Source: Phoronis australis (taxonomy: Eukaryota; Animalia; Phoronida). From it: a stretch of DNA of 64,000 nucleotides. Within the stretch, counting starts at the first letter, position 1; the number at the start of each line of letters is the position of its first letter. Position numbers and translations under genes: made by a program. A model generated the notes under the pieces. It ran no database searches. It saw only the letters and a program-made list of their open reading frames with translations, and had not been told where the DNA came from. Shown piece after piece: positions 1 through 13,008 of this stretch. The stretch is from NCBI GenBank assembly GCA_002633005.1, contig NMRA01000029.1:1-64000 (forward strand), read 5' to 3'.

Positions 1-711
1 CTAAAATAAAAAATCTTGCCTCTAATCTAGTTTATGCGTACGAAGCTTTACACGAACTGCACTTCGTCCTTTTGCATGTTCTCAGTTGCCTCTGCTGCCA
101 ATAGGGGGCTCTTGGAACATATAATTAGCTTGCGAAATACGACATAAAAACCTTGTATTTTGGAGAAAAGGCAGACAGCATTATTAATTACCATTCTCTG
201 AAAACGGCATTGAGGATTATTGCTTATTACAAAAAATATGTAACGTAAATCAACTGGCATGCGTGGTTCTAAATGAGTAGATGGCGCTGCTTTTGTTTAC
301 GTAGAGACTGAAGACGCATCTAGAATAAGAGCTAAGAGCAGTAACACGAGGACCTTGCTATAATTCAAGACTTCGCGAGATATTGCCCTGCATTTTAAAT
401 GAGAACACGTGGTTTTGGATAAATGTTATAGAGGTTCTAGTGTTACTGAACTCACCCCTGCCTTGTTTTCTATCTGCCTTGTTGGTGCCACAGGGAAAGG
501 AAGGCACCCAAGATGGATATGGCCCCCTAGTGTTCAGTGCAAAAAATCCTTCAACTTGTCAATAGTCATTGTAGCTCTGGGTTCATATTGTAATGTCCCT
601 GCTGGTTTCTACAAATTTTAGTCGCCACCAGTCGCCAGGAATCTGGTGTTCCCCCCATACACCGGGCACCCTAACGCTGAATATTTCTGTCAGTGTGATC
701 ATCAGTGGCAT

Positions 712-1074
712 AAAAAGGTACACATTCACAGTCGATAGAATATAATTCACGAGAGACAATTTTATTAATGACTCATTCATGACAGACATGAAGTAAACAG
801 AAGTAACGGTCTCGTATTCATATATCACACATCTTTGACTGGTATGATACAAAACTAGGCTAAACGTTGAGCTCATTTACCACTTCATTCAGAAAAAAGG
901 TACACATTCACAGTCATTAGAAAATAATTCACGAGAGACAATTTTATTAATGACTCATTCATGACAGACATGAAGTAAACAGAAGTAACGGTCTCGACTT
1001 CATATATCACACATCTTTGACTGGTATGATACAAAACTAGGCTAAACGTTGAGCTCATTTACCACTCCATTCAG
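712..1074. repeat. Tandem duplication, 2 x ~181 bp
   Basis: 712-892 (aaaaaggtacacattcacagtc...catttaccacttcattcag) is repeated almost exactly at 894-1074, with only a few substitutions/indels. Confidence 0.95.
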
Positions 1075-1779
1075 TAAATCTAACGATATAACAGCATCTT
1101 CAGCAGATTTGCATCGTCATAAACATTGCTGCAGACAACCTCGAAAAAATCCACCAATATGCGATTCACTTAATATCACAGGTAAATACTTTACCAGTGG
1201 GTTCTCGTAATGTTTTCTCCATTTTGGCTCTTCCGAGGGTGAACGTTTTTAACTGACTTATCTCCTTCATCGAATATGTTCGTCAGAAAGTTCTTAACCT
1301 TTGATGAAAATCTTGTTGACACTTTACCTGTTTTCAATGCCTAACCTATTGCTTCAGCATTCGTCTCATCCAAATAGTACTCTGAGGCTGCCTCAAATGA
1401 CGCTCCAAATCGAGGCTGTTGATCTATCACCACTAGTACACGCACGCCCTCTAGTTATTGTAGATTTTCCGAATAGCCCCATTAAAAACAGCCACAGTAG
1501 AGGCAGAGCAAACGGATGGGGTTCTTGATGGTAATTTGCGACCCTGTAGAGCTGAACTCAGTTCCACCTGGCGTGATGAGATCACAAACACCTAGCTGGT
1601 GCTGATTTGTAATTCGACTCATTTTATGACCACTATAGTTAATTAATTAAATCACATACATGTGCTTCTTTGATTGTACTTGATCATTTAGGAAGAACGG
1701 AAGGAAATTCGAAGCCCCTTGAAATGTCGACCTATTTTTCTTTAACCAAATCTGCGTACTCCTGGAGTACTGTGTAATG

Positions 1780-2359
1780 CTCGCTGGTTTCCTACGTGCC
1801 TAGCCAGCCAGCACGCAGGTATCACGCAGTAGCACGCGCTTTAGCATTGGTTGGTGTAACCTTGGCAGTCAATGGTTAGCTTTACCACAACGTGAATAAA
1901 ATGGGGGACTATGAACGATTTTTAGCCTTGTCATGCAAGTGGCGTAGCAGCAACTATTTTGATTCTGCAGTAATGTTTAATAGCCGCGTGCTTGAAGCAC
2001 ATACATGTACAATAAACACATATCTGGACGATTTAACCGGTGCGGTGTTATTCATACTGTATGAATACAGAACAGTATCGTAAACAAAAGTCATCGACAG
2101 TAGAAAGATGCACTCCGAAAAGGCGCAACCACAATTTCTGGCATTCAGATTTCCTGAACATAAATTTTAAGCACCTATTTGTTTGTACAATACACTTAAT
2201 TGCTCCATCAGTCATGCCAACTTGTTTGCGTAAAGCGCTGCCTGTTGAGAATTTGACTGGCCAATCAGAAACGCCAGTGTAAAAAATTTCCCGAGGAAAA
2301 TTAAGTGATACCTGTGTGGTGGCTACCGATCACCTAACGACACGCAGGGAACCAGCGAG
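1780..2359. mobile_element. Non-autonomous TIR DNA transposon with 9 bp TSD (Mutator/MuDR-like TSD length)
   Basis: Begins ctcgctggtttcctacgtg and ends cacgcagggaaccagcgag (inverted repeat). Flanked by identical tgtgtaatg at 1771-1779 and 2360-2368. Same ends as the mini element at 59458-59545. Confidence 0.8.
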
Positions 2360-4969
2360 TGTGTAATGTTGTTTTAGTTGATGTAAGCGTTCTGGTGATG
2401 ATGTGAGCGGCCTGATGATCATGCACATTAGATGACATAAGTGGAGAAGGTCGGCCAAGACGCTTTGCCGTGAAAGTTGCCGATTGAATTAGGAAAATCT
2501 GGAGGTATGCATAGTAGCTATTGGTTTCGATTTCAACAAATGTAACTAGTGAGCGTGTTGCAGTCGCAGATGAAATGTGTGACGTAGATTACCCCCAGAT
2601 TGACATTTTTTAATAATTTCGGAAGTGTCTGGTGGGCGACCATATTATATAGCTGTTGTTTACCATTCTCTTTTTTATAGTATATCATCGTCAAGCGGCT
2701 GATTAAAGGTACGTGTGCCCGTAGTCAGGAGAGGCAAACTACCCATTCCTATGTGACACTTAAAAACGATAACGATGAAATGTTTTCTGTTAGAGCCAAA
2801 AATTGTGAGGTATTCAAAACCGAGAAAAACCCCAACTTAATCTAACGCAAGAAGAAATGTAAACCTTTAAAACACACAAGTCACATCGCGCAAAAAAATC
2901 AAGATCGATTTTTAACAGGATTTTAATTACTATTTTAATTAGATGTGTCTTTTCAGAAACATATACAAATCTTACATTTTGACAGAGGTGCCTCTGCGCA
3001 GGTAGCCGTAAAGGAAAAACATGTCATTACCCAACTTTGTTTCCCAGATTTGTAGGCAAGGGCCTAAACAAGATTCAAAAATAAGTTCCAAATATGTCGA
3101 ACCATCTTTATACAAGGTTAAAAAACACTTTCACATACACAGCCATTCAACAATTGGCGAACATAGAAATTATATCTAAGCATGATGCATGTAGTGTTTC
3201 CAACAAAAAGCCACCGTAGCATTAAAGTTACGTGCGTTGCCCATAGTCTACAGTTTAAGACAAAAAGAAACTAGTGTGTCGGTTTAACATGTTCGTCTCG
3301 TTCATCTCGTCTTTCTGTCTCTACACGCTGATCGTAATGTTTATCACGTGAATCTGTACACGTGTCACAAATGAACACGAAATCAATAGAACTATGCACT
3401 GTGGAACGTGCTTGCTTTAGTTCCTTGAGTTACTCTACCGTCATAAATAAACAATCTCAGTTAGACGTAAGAAAACGGGACTTCACGTGATGTTATCAGC
3501 TGCTGTGGCCAGAAAATTATATATTCGCACATTTACAGGCATGTTCGTTAAAGTGATATTGAAGCCGTTTTCGCCTGTTAACAGATAATAGTTGGATCCT
3601 CAAGGAAGACGTCAATGGAGCTCAGAGACGGTAGAAAGGGAGACAAATCTCCTAGTGAAATCCCATTGGACGACCACCGGCGGACATTGTTGCTTCATGG
3701 ACCGTAGAGACGTCTAGCGGGGTGTGCAATAAAAAGTATGGCAAATTATGACGGCTCCGGTCGGTATTTTTTGCATTGCCTACGGCAGCAGCAACAATTA
3801 GTTGAAAATTCGTGACTTATGCTTTTTCGCTTCCCCACTCATTAAAGTAGATGATGTTCACGAGTGAAATAAATGATGTTTTTGCGTGAAACTGTTGCCA
3901 GTCAACCAGTGATAGGCTGGGTGATTTAAACTCAATGTCTGCACTGTTCCCTGCATTTGATCGCTGATATAGAAAATTATCGTAAATGGTTTGCATGATT
4001 TTGGGAACTAGTGATTAGTTTATTCTATGCCCATTGGTGCTTCTAACTACTTTCTTTCATTTCGTTCTGAAGTATTAATACATTCAGATCTAAAAGATAA
4101 TTATATTTACAATTACTTTTTATTTACTAATTTTATTATTGTTGTATTATCATATATTTGTTTTATCTATACTTTATTATTTATTAATTATGATTTATTT
4201 ATTATTATTTATTGATCGTTTTTTTACTTATTCGCTGTTACTTATTTAAATAATTACTTCTGATCCCATACAGTCAACATCCTGGCTGTCGTTGGTCAAT
4301 AAACAATATTATACGATAGTAATGAACACTCCTAAAAACATATTGTTTAAGGTGCAGTAGTGGGTGCATTGTGTCGCTCCTTTTTACAAATCATGACTTG
4401 CACTGGCCTGTTTTCGTGAATCAGGATAAACCATCCGCAGACTGATTTCTAGTCGAAACTCAAAAGCCAATAGAGAAACAGGCCCTGATCACAAGCAATA
4501 ATTTCGAATGTTATTAGGGAACAAGATATGGCCACTCTTATAACAGTAAATGACCTAAATCAAAAATTTGTTTTTATCAGAAAGCCCAAGTTGATCAAAG
4601 GAAACTATTGCGTTCTCGGTTGGTTGTTTTTAATCTGTTATCGGTGAAACAATTTGATAAGACACGAAACGACAATATTAAGTCAAGTTTCTACATTAGC
4701 TGAGCTATGATGTCATGCTTTGTTTGAAAAATTGACGTAAAGGACAGGAATGATGTTGGAAGTTATGACATATGACGCGTGGGCACACTATTCGCTGCGT
4801 TGGTGAATGTACGCTTGGCCCTGGAACGTTATCGTCTGCTTTGTGTTGTAAATAGTACGGCTGCATTCACTGAAGGTCATGTGACAGAACTATCTGTAGA
4901 TTGTCATTCAAAGGAAGAAAAACATAACTAAACAGTGACTGTTTTGTCTGAAGCAGTAAATTAAAGGAT

Positions 4970-5433
4970 ATGCGTGAAACTCTTCATTCGCAATGCAACC
5001 AGTCTATCCCAGAAAGTTATTCGCTACAGTGCTCGCCTTCAGACGATAAAAACACCAACGTCCACTATCCTCCAATTCAAAATATAACGCCAGATCAAAA
5101 CGTTCGGAGGACGTTGGAAGGTGGACCATCAGGCGTTGAGTCAAAACGACACTTCGCTGTGCAAGGGAAGACACAAACTTCAAACAAGCAGCATAAGTCA
5201 AGCAACAAAATCGCTGAGAACTTTGGGAATCAAAAGAGGCGCGCTAAGTGCAAAGGAGAAGTCGTTTTACCTTTTATCGAAAACTACCCACCTGCCGACA
5301 AACAACCCAGAGATATTGTACCTCAGTTCGTGATAGCACACCCTACAAGTATTACACTAGGCTGCAACGGACCCGACGCGGAATACGTTCTTCTTCGACA
5401 AGATTTCGGAGAATCGGAAATAGCCGCAGGCAG
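4970..5433 (+). CDS. Probable first coding exon of the BTB-BACK gene (low-complexity N-terminus)
   Basis: 155-codon ORF with an upstream in-frame TGA (4949-4951). Ends at donor CAG|GTAACA (GT 5434-5435), phase 2, compatible with the acceptor ctAG|A at 10281-10282. Linkage to the downstream exons is inferred from phase only. Confidence 0.55.
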
Positions 5434-5612
5434 GTAACACTAAACACGTGTGTTCAATTAGTTCGATTAAACCCTCAAATCTTTATTTATTGAAATGAAT
5501 TGTTCTAAAGCTCTCTTTACCCCCACACCCCGCGANAAACAATAAAAAATAAGGACGATTGATACAATGATAAATTACGATGTAAACTCTTCAAATATGA
5601 CATAAGCAATGA

Positions 5613-8600
5613 TAGTCGGTGGGCCAGATCTCATAGCGTTCATCCTTGTGAGTACTTTGGGGGGGCAACCTAGTTTTTTCTATGTGGCTAGATAATATAC
5701 CTATAAATCAAATTCCAAAAAGTTCCCACGTCTACATTTGCACATTTTTTTAAAAAAGGTGTTTTTGTTGCACAAAATATGCACATTCCTGCCACTTGAT
5801 GGCGCTTTTCTATTGAATTGACCAATCAGAGAGCCAGATTGTATTGTTGTGCTTAGTTACTTCAATATGGCTGCTCCCATGGAGTGTGATGCCTGTATAA
5901 TTCAAGGTTGATCAAACAGCACAAAATTGTGATGTCAGCGCCTAAAGAAGCTTAGAAAAGCTTCCTGACGAAAGCTGATTGACTATGCAACTCTGTAGAT
6001 CAGTAGATCAAAAAGAAGAAGAGGTGTCATAAACGTTTGTGCAGAAAACAGCTGCATGTCCTGGTAGCCTATATACACAGTATATTGCTGAGTGCTGTAG
6101 ACTAGAAGACCAAGTGTCAGACCAAAAAATTGAAAGGGCTATCTTGCCGTATCGTTGCAAACAAGGCACCAACAGTAGTACTAAAAAGCTGAAGTTGCTG
6201 AAAGTGATACAGATGCTATCCAAGATTTCCCAAGAAAATCAATTATACTTCCAAAATCTGAAACACCCAATTAACGTGAACAAGATAGGAACATTCTGAA
6301 ACATGAGTGCATGATTTGTTAGCAGGAAAAGTACATTATGGGCCATATTTCAAGAAAGAGAAAGAAGTATGGCTTTCAAAAACAGGTACGTGTTTTTGAA
6401 AAATACATCTTGGTGTTTTCCATGTGTGTTTCAGTATTATCGCCAGTTGTTTTTTTTAACTTGTTCAGCGTTCAGCCCCTTGGCTGCCTAGGCCTTAGAC
6501 AATACTGCTGACCCAGTAGAGACGATGATCATTCCATAGGTACTCCATATGCCGGATACTTTTCGGCAAATTATGTTCCTATAAGTTTAGAAGTACCGCG
6601 TAGAGAGATGCCTCTGAGGAGGTCGTTAATGTTTTCATTTGTTCCCAATTTAAACAAATACTCCTGAAATCCAGTTTTTCGAACACTCCATTCACTTGCC
6701 ACATCGACACTGCTTGCGCTAAGGGATAATCCTATGGCGTTATACTGTGGGTGTGATTTTAAAGCACTTTAGGTAAAAAATTTTTGAGAAGGTTAAATGG
6801 AGTAGATGGTTGCAAACAACATGCCCAAGTGGCCGTCATCCCCTGCCGTAGTCTCATTTTTTGTAAACATTAATTACTTAGGTAGCTGCAATGACAATTA
6901 AATTAAACTGCCTAAGTGGCCATCGTCGCTGTCGAAATTTGAGGACGATGGAAGCCACTGTCCATTTCGTCAAACGCCGATTACCTTAAATGTAAATCAA
7001 TTGACTATGGTTTGAGCATCTGATTTAAAAAAATTAAATTTCAATCACTGCACTGGTATATCAGCTGATTTATTTTCAGTTGCATCAACTGATCTAATTA
7101 TTAGACGATCAGCATTATTAGGCTACAGATCAAACGGCATGTAAATTTGTTAGGCTGGTGGTGGATCAGTTCCTGATAAGTCCGTCTGAAAAAATTGTAT
7201 GCCAACTCACTCATAGTTGAATGTTAAATTAGTGTTAACAGTTCGGGTTTTTTTTCAGTTGGACTTGTATCGCAAGCAACAGCTCAGTTCAGAGCCCTGA
7301 ATATGCAAATGAAATTCAAAGATAAAGAATGTGTCTTAGAAGCCAAGTGCCACAGATCATCATGCTATAAAAAATAGAAAGACAACGATTGTGAAGAGTG
7401 ACGAATTCACAGTTTTCAGAGATGTTTTTCTACAGTTTTGTTTGGAGTTCATTGAATCGAAGCTTCTAACACAAGGAGATGTCATTTGCCTTTCAAAACT
7501 AAAGCAAGACTTTGAAGCTGTTCTTCAGAAAGCTGGTGTGCATGGAGTTATTTGGACAGGCAATCTTAAGAAATATTGTTGAAGCTACTCACTGTTGTAG
7601 TTTGTGCCCGACTAAGAGATACGAAAGTGAATTGAGGCTAGTGTTCAATAATTCACTTGCTGACTCTAATTAACACAGCCCATTATAACATATTTTGAAT
7701 CAAATGTTTGCCCAAATAGTACCCGCCTCCAAACAAGGACTTAGTGTTTGACCCTTCATTGCCTGCGGGCTAATTTTTTTTTAATGTTTATTACGAAATC
7801 TTCAGAATACAATGAATATACATGACCCAGAAAGCGCCAAGAGGCATAAGATCTGGGTAGGTTAATCACCAGTGTGCAGTGCTGTACCCTCTCTAATCGA
7901 CCATAGTTGGCTCCTTGGCGGTGGAGCTTTGCAGTTAATATGTATGGCAATGAACGCATCTCCATTGACAGTACTAAACGATGAACGCTGCAAGTGCAAA
8001 AAGAACATGTGTGCTGGGAAACTGAGTTTGTGCTGCAATGCTGGGTCAAACTGTACAGAATTGTGCAGCTGTGACAACTGTAGTAACATCAGCAACACTG
8101 ACTGCATAACATTGGATAGTTCTTTGACAAGTCAACCACAAATAGACCTCCAACCCCGTTATTTCCTTTTTTGTATTAAAAAGTTAATTTTATCAGTTGA
8201 TTAAGTCATAGAAAGTACATAGTTTGATCATCATTGTCATGTATTTGTCTCATACTGCTTGATAAACGCTGTCAGAATAATCTATTATTTCCATACAGTC
8301 TTTGTGCACATTCACAGAAATCATTCAACTATATTGTTTTTTTACTATAATGTATTTCTGGTGTATTATGCAAACAAGCTGTATTTTACACCATTAGTCA
8401 ATGTTTTAGTCATTGAGGCACAAATTTTGCCCAGTCTCAAATGTTTTGTGTTATTTTTGTTGCCTGACAATGCCAGAATAACTTTCTAGTAACATTCAGA
8501 CTTAGTTTGCATTTTTGCCACTAGGTGTCTCTTTACATTTTTTAAATTTCACTGTTTACAATTAAATTACAATAGTAAAACATGTATTGTGAGTGTAATA

Positions 8601-8735
8601 TTGTTCAATACAATGGCACTGATGGGACCATATTACTTGTTTTACAAAAAAGTCACCAAAACTGTTGTTTTTACAAACGTAAGTACTCACAAAAACCATT
8701 TTCTAGAGGCCCTACAAAATCTGGCCCACCGACTA
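5613..8735 (+). mobile_element. Academ (AcademX-type) DNA transposon, internally deleted and degenerate, in intron 1
   Basis: Perfect 17 bp TIR tagtcggtgggccagat / atctggcccaccgacta with the TAG...CTA termini typical of Academ. Internal coding remnants: ATG at 5867 (MAAPMECDACII), EAKCHRSSCYKK (~7339), PPNKD..LHCLRANF (~7725-7778), PSLIDHSWLL and the Cys-rich CKCKKNMCAGKLSLCCNAGSNCTELCSCDNCSN tail (ORF 7872-8204). No clear TSD. Confidence 0.75.
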
Positions 8736-9033
8736 CATGTAGAATAAGCACTGACTTGCAGGACCAACGAGTCGGGCCGTAATCTTTGTAAATGCACTTT
8801 AAAAAGGCAAACTGTTAACTAAAAGAGTTACTCAAAGTTACATGGAGTATATTGTAAACAAGCATACAACAGAAAGCAAATACTAAAAATGTGAAATCAT
8901 GTCCATTCAAATTAACGTGCTAACTCCCTAAGTTTAGTAGAACGGAGCCATTAGTAGGCGCTCGTGGAACTATTTCCGTGACAACGATAGCACACTATTT
9001 CAGGTCATGTTCTTACGTCACTTTCAGTTTTAA

Positions 9034-9924
9034 AGGGGAAGGCAACTTTTTTATGTCATTTTAGCATAAATAATATTAATTGATTATCCCAGACATATTT
9101 TTCACTTAATTACAACTTTTCGCGATTTGATTAATAATTCATCCTCTACCCCGGAAGTGACGTTTTGGGAGGCAAGAATTTCGCGCCAATTTCTTTTCAT
9201 ATAGTCCGCCTGGGAGAGCTGTCGAGTCAGTCATTGTTCTACCTCGGTTGTGATAAGTGCGGTCGTCGTTTGCTTTTGTTTACGAATCAGTCAACATGCC
9301 ACGCTGTTGCTGCGTACCGGGATGAACTCAAAGCCTGTAAGCAGCCCTGCTGCGATATTGAGTAGTGGGAGTGAATACAGACCCAGTTAGACACCGAGTG
9401 AAGAGGACAGTTCGTCGTCCAATGAACAGATCGGCGGGCCAAACATTGATAAGTGTATTGTGGACTTGTCTAAAGTATTGGAGCTATTTAGAAGGTGCCA
9501 GGTGTGATGCGAGGGAGTCACACGGCGGGATGTAAGCAGTTTGTGTGCTCAGGTAACCATCCAGAGGGAGTGTGTCGCGGGACACTCGGGCAAGTGGGAC
9601 AGTTGTTCCTCTGTCCGTGAAACAATAATGAGTACATCCGGGCACGCAGCAAGAGTGTGGCATATTGACTGACTCGTAAACAAAAGCAAACGACGACCGA
9701 ACTTATCACAACCGAGGTAGAGCGATGACTGACTCGGCTGCTCTCAGTCTGTCTACATAAAAAAATTGGCGCGAAATGCTTGCCTTCCAAAACGTCACTT
9801 CCAGAGTAGCAGACGAGTAATTGTTCAAATTACAAAAAGCTGTAATTAACTGAAAAAATATATCTTGGTCAATCAACGAACCTTATTTTTGCTAAAATGA
9901 CATGCAAAAAGGTTGCCTTCGCCT
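9034..9924. mobile_element. Kolobok-like non-autonomous element with ~300 bp TIRs
   Basis: TTAA at 9030-9033 and 9925-9928. Termini AGGGGAAGGCAAC / GTTGCCTTCGCCT. Arms 9034-~9330 and ~9632-9924 are reverse complements. THAP-like starts MPRCCCVPG* (ATG 9296, +) and MPHSCCVPGCT (ATG 9663, -). Transposase-like motif KCIVDLSKVLELFRRCQV at 9451-9504. Confidence 0.8.
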
Positions 9925-10282
9925 TTAACCACCAGACTTGAGCTAGAGCAGATTCGCGTGTAGGTAAGTTTCACGCGAAAGTCATGCAGCGACGTAACAT
10001 GATTATGAAATGTGTAAAAAGCGCAAACATAATCTATTGCCACAGATCATGGGTCGAGGGGGTTGAGGATTGAAGGGGTCGTGGGGTGTGGGGGTCGAGG
10101 GGTTTTAGAACAATCCTATTGAAATGTTGTTTTGAAAAGCGTTACTCCCTGAATTGCACAAATTGTCACTGTATTGGATAACTAACTATAAAATACAGTT
10201 ACACTGGAACACTATTCAACAGCTGGCGATACATAATACTCATTTACACAAACAATGTTTTGACATTCACTTTTATAGCTAG

Positions 10283-11910
10283 ATACCTTCCCAGACCGCC
10301 TGCTTCAGATACACCAGAGACACCTTCCGGAGATTATATTATTTGCCCCCAACAGTCGGGGGCAACAAGCAACGCTAGCCGTGAACCAGAGAATCGATTT
10401 TCAATCCTAAAAGAACACTTTGAATCAAACGACTCGTTTGCTTTGTCCGACGCGAGATGCAAACTGCAAATAGATAGGACTAAAGAAAGCAGCAACAACA
10501 ACGCGCGCGATACACGTCATGTGACCGGAAGTACCATGGATCGACGACGCCAACATGCCAAGTCGAACAGACACTCCAAACGGGGTAGTCAACTTGCTGA
10601 GTCTGAGCAGTTTCGCAGACCGATATCACACAGACGGGAATCGGAGCATTTTAAGCGTTTACACGAACGAAAAACTCCTGTTTCCATATTTCCTGATGAG
10701 TCGCGAAGACCGAAACATACTTGCCATATAAAATCCGTTTTCTATGAGGTAAACAGAGCAAACAAACCAAGATATGACCAAGACTGTGATCCTGAACACT
10801 GTCATAATCTACGGAGGGCTGATCGTGTGAAAAATGCCAGCACACAACCGAAGATCGAATGTAGAGAACGCTCTGGAAGACACACTGAGTCCCCAACTTT
10901 ACCTCATTTCCAGCAAAGATTTCAAAAAAGTCCTCCTAATGATTTGTATTCCCAAACGTCAACTATTACACTGTCATCAGCCACTGAAGTTTCAGAAATG
11001 GAGGAATGGCCAAGGCACAGTTCTCACCCCTCAAAACGTAAGTGTGTTGGCTTTATACCAAAACCACCACCTCGGGAGAGGCACAATAGTTCCTATCGAC
11101 GCCCACCATCTTCCAGAAAATCAAAGGTACGGACATCGTGGATTGCTGGGGAGAACAGACCCAAGCCAAGACCTTGCTCTTATACCGAGGATGAAGCGCA
11201 GAATCACTATTTAGAAAGTCAAAGCAACCCGTTCCAGTTACCGCAACTACAAAGGTCTTACTGTAGAAAGAGTCCGCGTCCTGGTGAATGTTTTGAAGAT
11301 ATTTATCAAGTTCCGAAACACCTGGATCCAGTTGAAGGCCAAGAACATCCTTTCCCCGGATATGTGTCTCACTCTATTAAGAATGCTAAAACTAATCCCC
11401 GAGACGAATGTACTGATTCATCTTCTGGCCATGCTTGCCAGAAAGAACCCACTCTGGTCAAGAGACTGATGAAGCCGTCTTGCGTTAAGATTAAAGACAC
11501 TGGCAAGCATCGTCAAGAAAAGACCAATCGCAATTCCACTCGTCCAGTGGAGAATATTGACAAATCAAATAGGGACTTTGGTATAGCTTTAATGGAATAT
11601 GCAAAGCAGTTTCTTTACGATGGCGACCAAAATGACAAACCTGACGCGGAAGGAAAGTTGTCACCTACAGAGCCGTTAGTGGTCATAGACGCTTCACAGC
11701 ACCAGCCATTCGACGACTTTCAAAAGAGAACAAAGAATGACGTAGAGACACCAAAGCCAAAAAACAATAAGCAAAGAGTCAGCGTGAAAGATGGCGTATC
11801 GTCGGTGAATGTTCACAAAGGTTTGATTGAGTGTAGACGAGCGCCTTCTGTTAGCAACACAATGAACTTGGGAAATAACCTGCGTAACTACTCGTCGTCA
11901 CCAAATAAAG
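10283..11910 (+). CDS. Large coding exon of the BTB-BACK gene (R/S/P/H-rich, predicted disordered)
   Basis: Part of the 551-codon open frame 10260-11915. Acceptor region ttttatAGctAG; the second AG fits the phase-2 upstream exon. Donor AAG|GTTAGG at 11911, phase 1, matches the next exon (G+AA=Glu). Confidence 0.75.
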
Positions 11911-12699
11911 GTTAGGTGAATCGTTTCTTTTTCGTTGATTAAAGGCCAACTGTCTGAATATCGTTGTGTTAACAATTACTAATTACAGTTTACTTGCGAA
12001 GAAAAAGATTTCTTACTTTCTCGAATGACTTTGAATGAAAGTAATCAACCTAATTATTGATCTCTACTTCTTTCGAGCATGCAATTTTAAGTAACCCCAA
12101 ACAACTTCCCTCGGTGTTCACGTTACGACGACATCAAGGTCGTAAAGTTACCGCCGTTAAATTTAAGCTAATTGTACAAGTTAGGAATTTGAAAGGTAAA
12201 AGCTAAGGGTTACCCTCTCCGTGACCTTAGATTTTACTTCAGGAGTTTCCTGGAGTTTTGACAGTTAACCTGAACAACGTCGAATCAAATCACTGCATAA
12301 TTGTTTGCACAGTTTTTAGTTTCCAATTAAGTGTCTCGCTTTATTTCCAATTGGATTTATTGCAGCAAACCACAACAATTCGCCATGTCGTAAGCAGAAG
12401 CTGTCAAAACCAAGGGGAGAAGGTAATATTAGCTACTGTTACGTGAAAACATATTAACAGACCCTTCTGATACTGAAAAAGAGAAGGTGGCTTAGAAGCA
12501 TCAAGTATGAATTTATATCACACTTTGATAAGAGTGCCACCATGTCTTTGCGCTTAGCATTGAGTCTGACGTCTTGGTCACGCGGGAAGGGTAGACGGTG
12601 GACAAATAATTGGAATGTGTGTTCATTCTTAAACGTGTTGAATGCAGAAAATTACTACCTCTCCGATGACACTACTGACTTGTCATTGTATATCAACAG

Positions 12700-13008
12700 A
12701 ATGTCGATATTCGGAGTTTGAGCCACAAGTCACGGAAATGTTCGGTGACGCAGATGTTGGTTTGGAAGATGCATCATTTGTTTCGTCGAAGGAAGATCCC
12801 GCCAAAAACATCGTTCATTTTGCATTCATTGGCAAGTACATGAAACGCCTTTATTCGCGCGACCAAATGTGTGACGTGTGCATAACAGTTGACAACGTGA
12901 GCTACAGCGCCCATAAGGTTGCATTAGGATGTCATAGCGAATGTTTCGCGAACTTTTTCGTCAAAGAGCCAGAAGCATCACACATCAAGTTAGAAGGAGT
13001 ATCTTCAG
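12700..13008 (+). CDS. Exon encoding the N-terminal half of the BTB/POZ domain
   Basis: Translates ...MKRLYSRDQMCDVCITVDNVSYSAHKVALGCHSECFANFF...IKLEGVSS, the classic BTB signature. Acceptor acAG 12698-12699 with ctgac upstream; donor CAG|GTATGT at 13009. Phase 1 at both ends. Confidence 0.92.

Noticed and set aside
7872-8204. Metallothionein- or tesmin/CXC-like host gene
   Set aside because: The Cys cluster lies inside the TIR-bounded Academ element and follows the transposon protein's PP..HCLRA..PS..HSW motifs.
10651-11469. Nested and antisense ORFs within the large exon (also 40647-41341)
   Set aside because: Expected shadow ORFs of a long coding exon; no independent signals.
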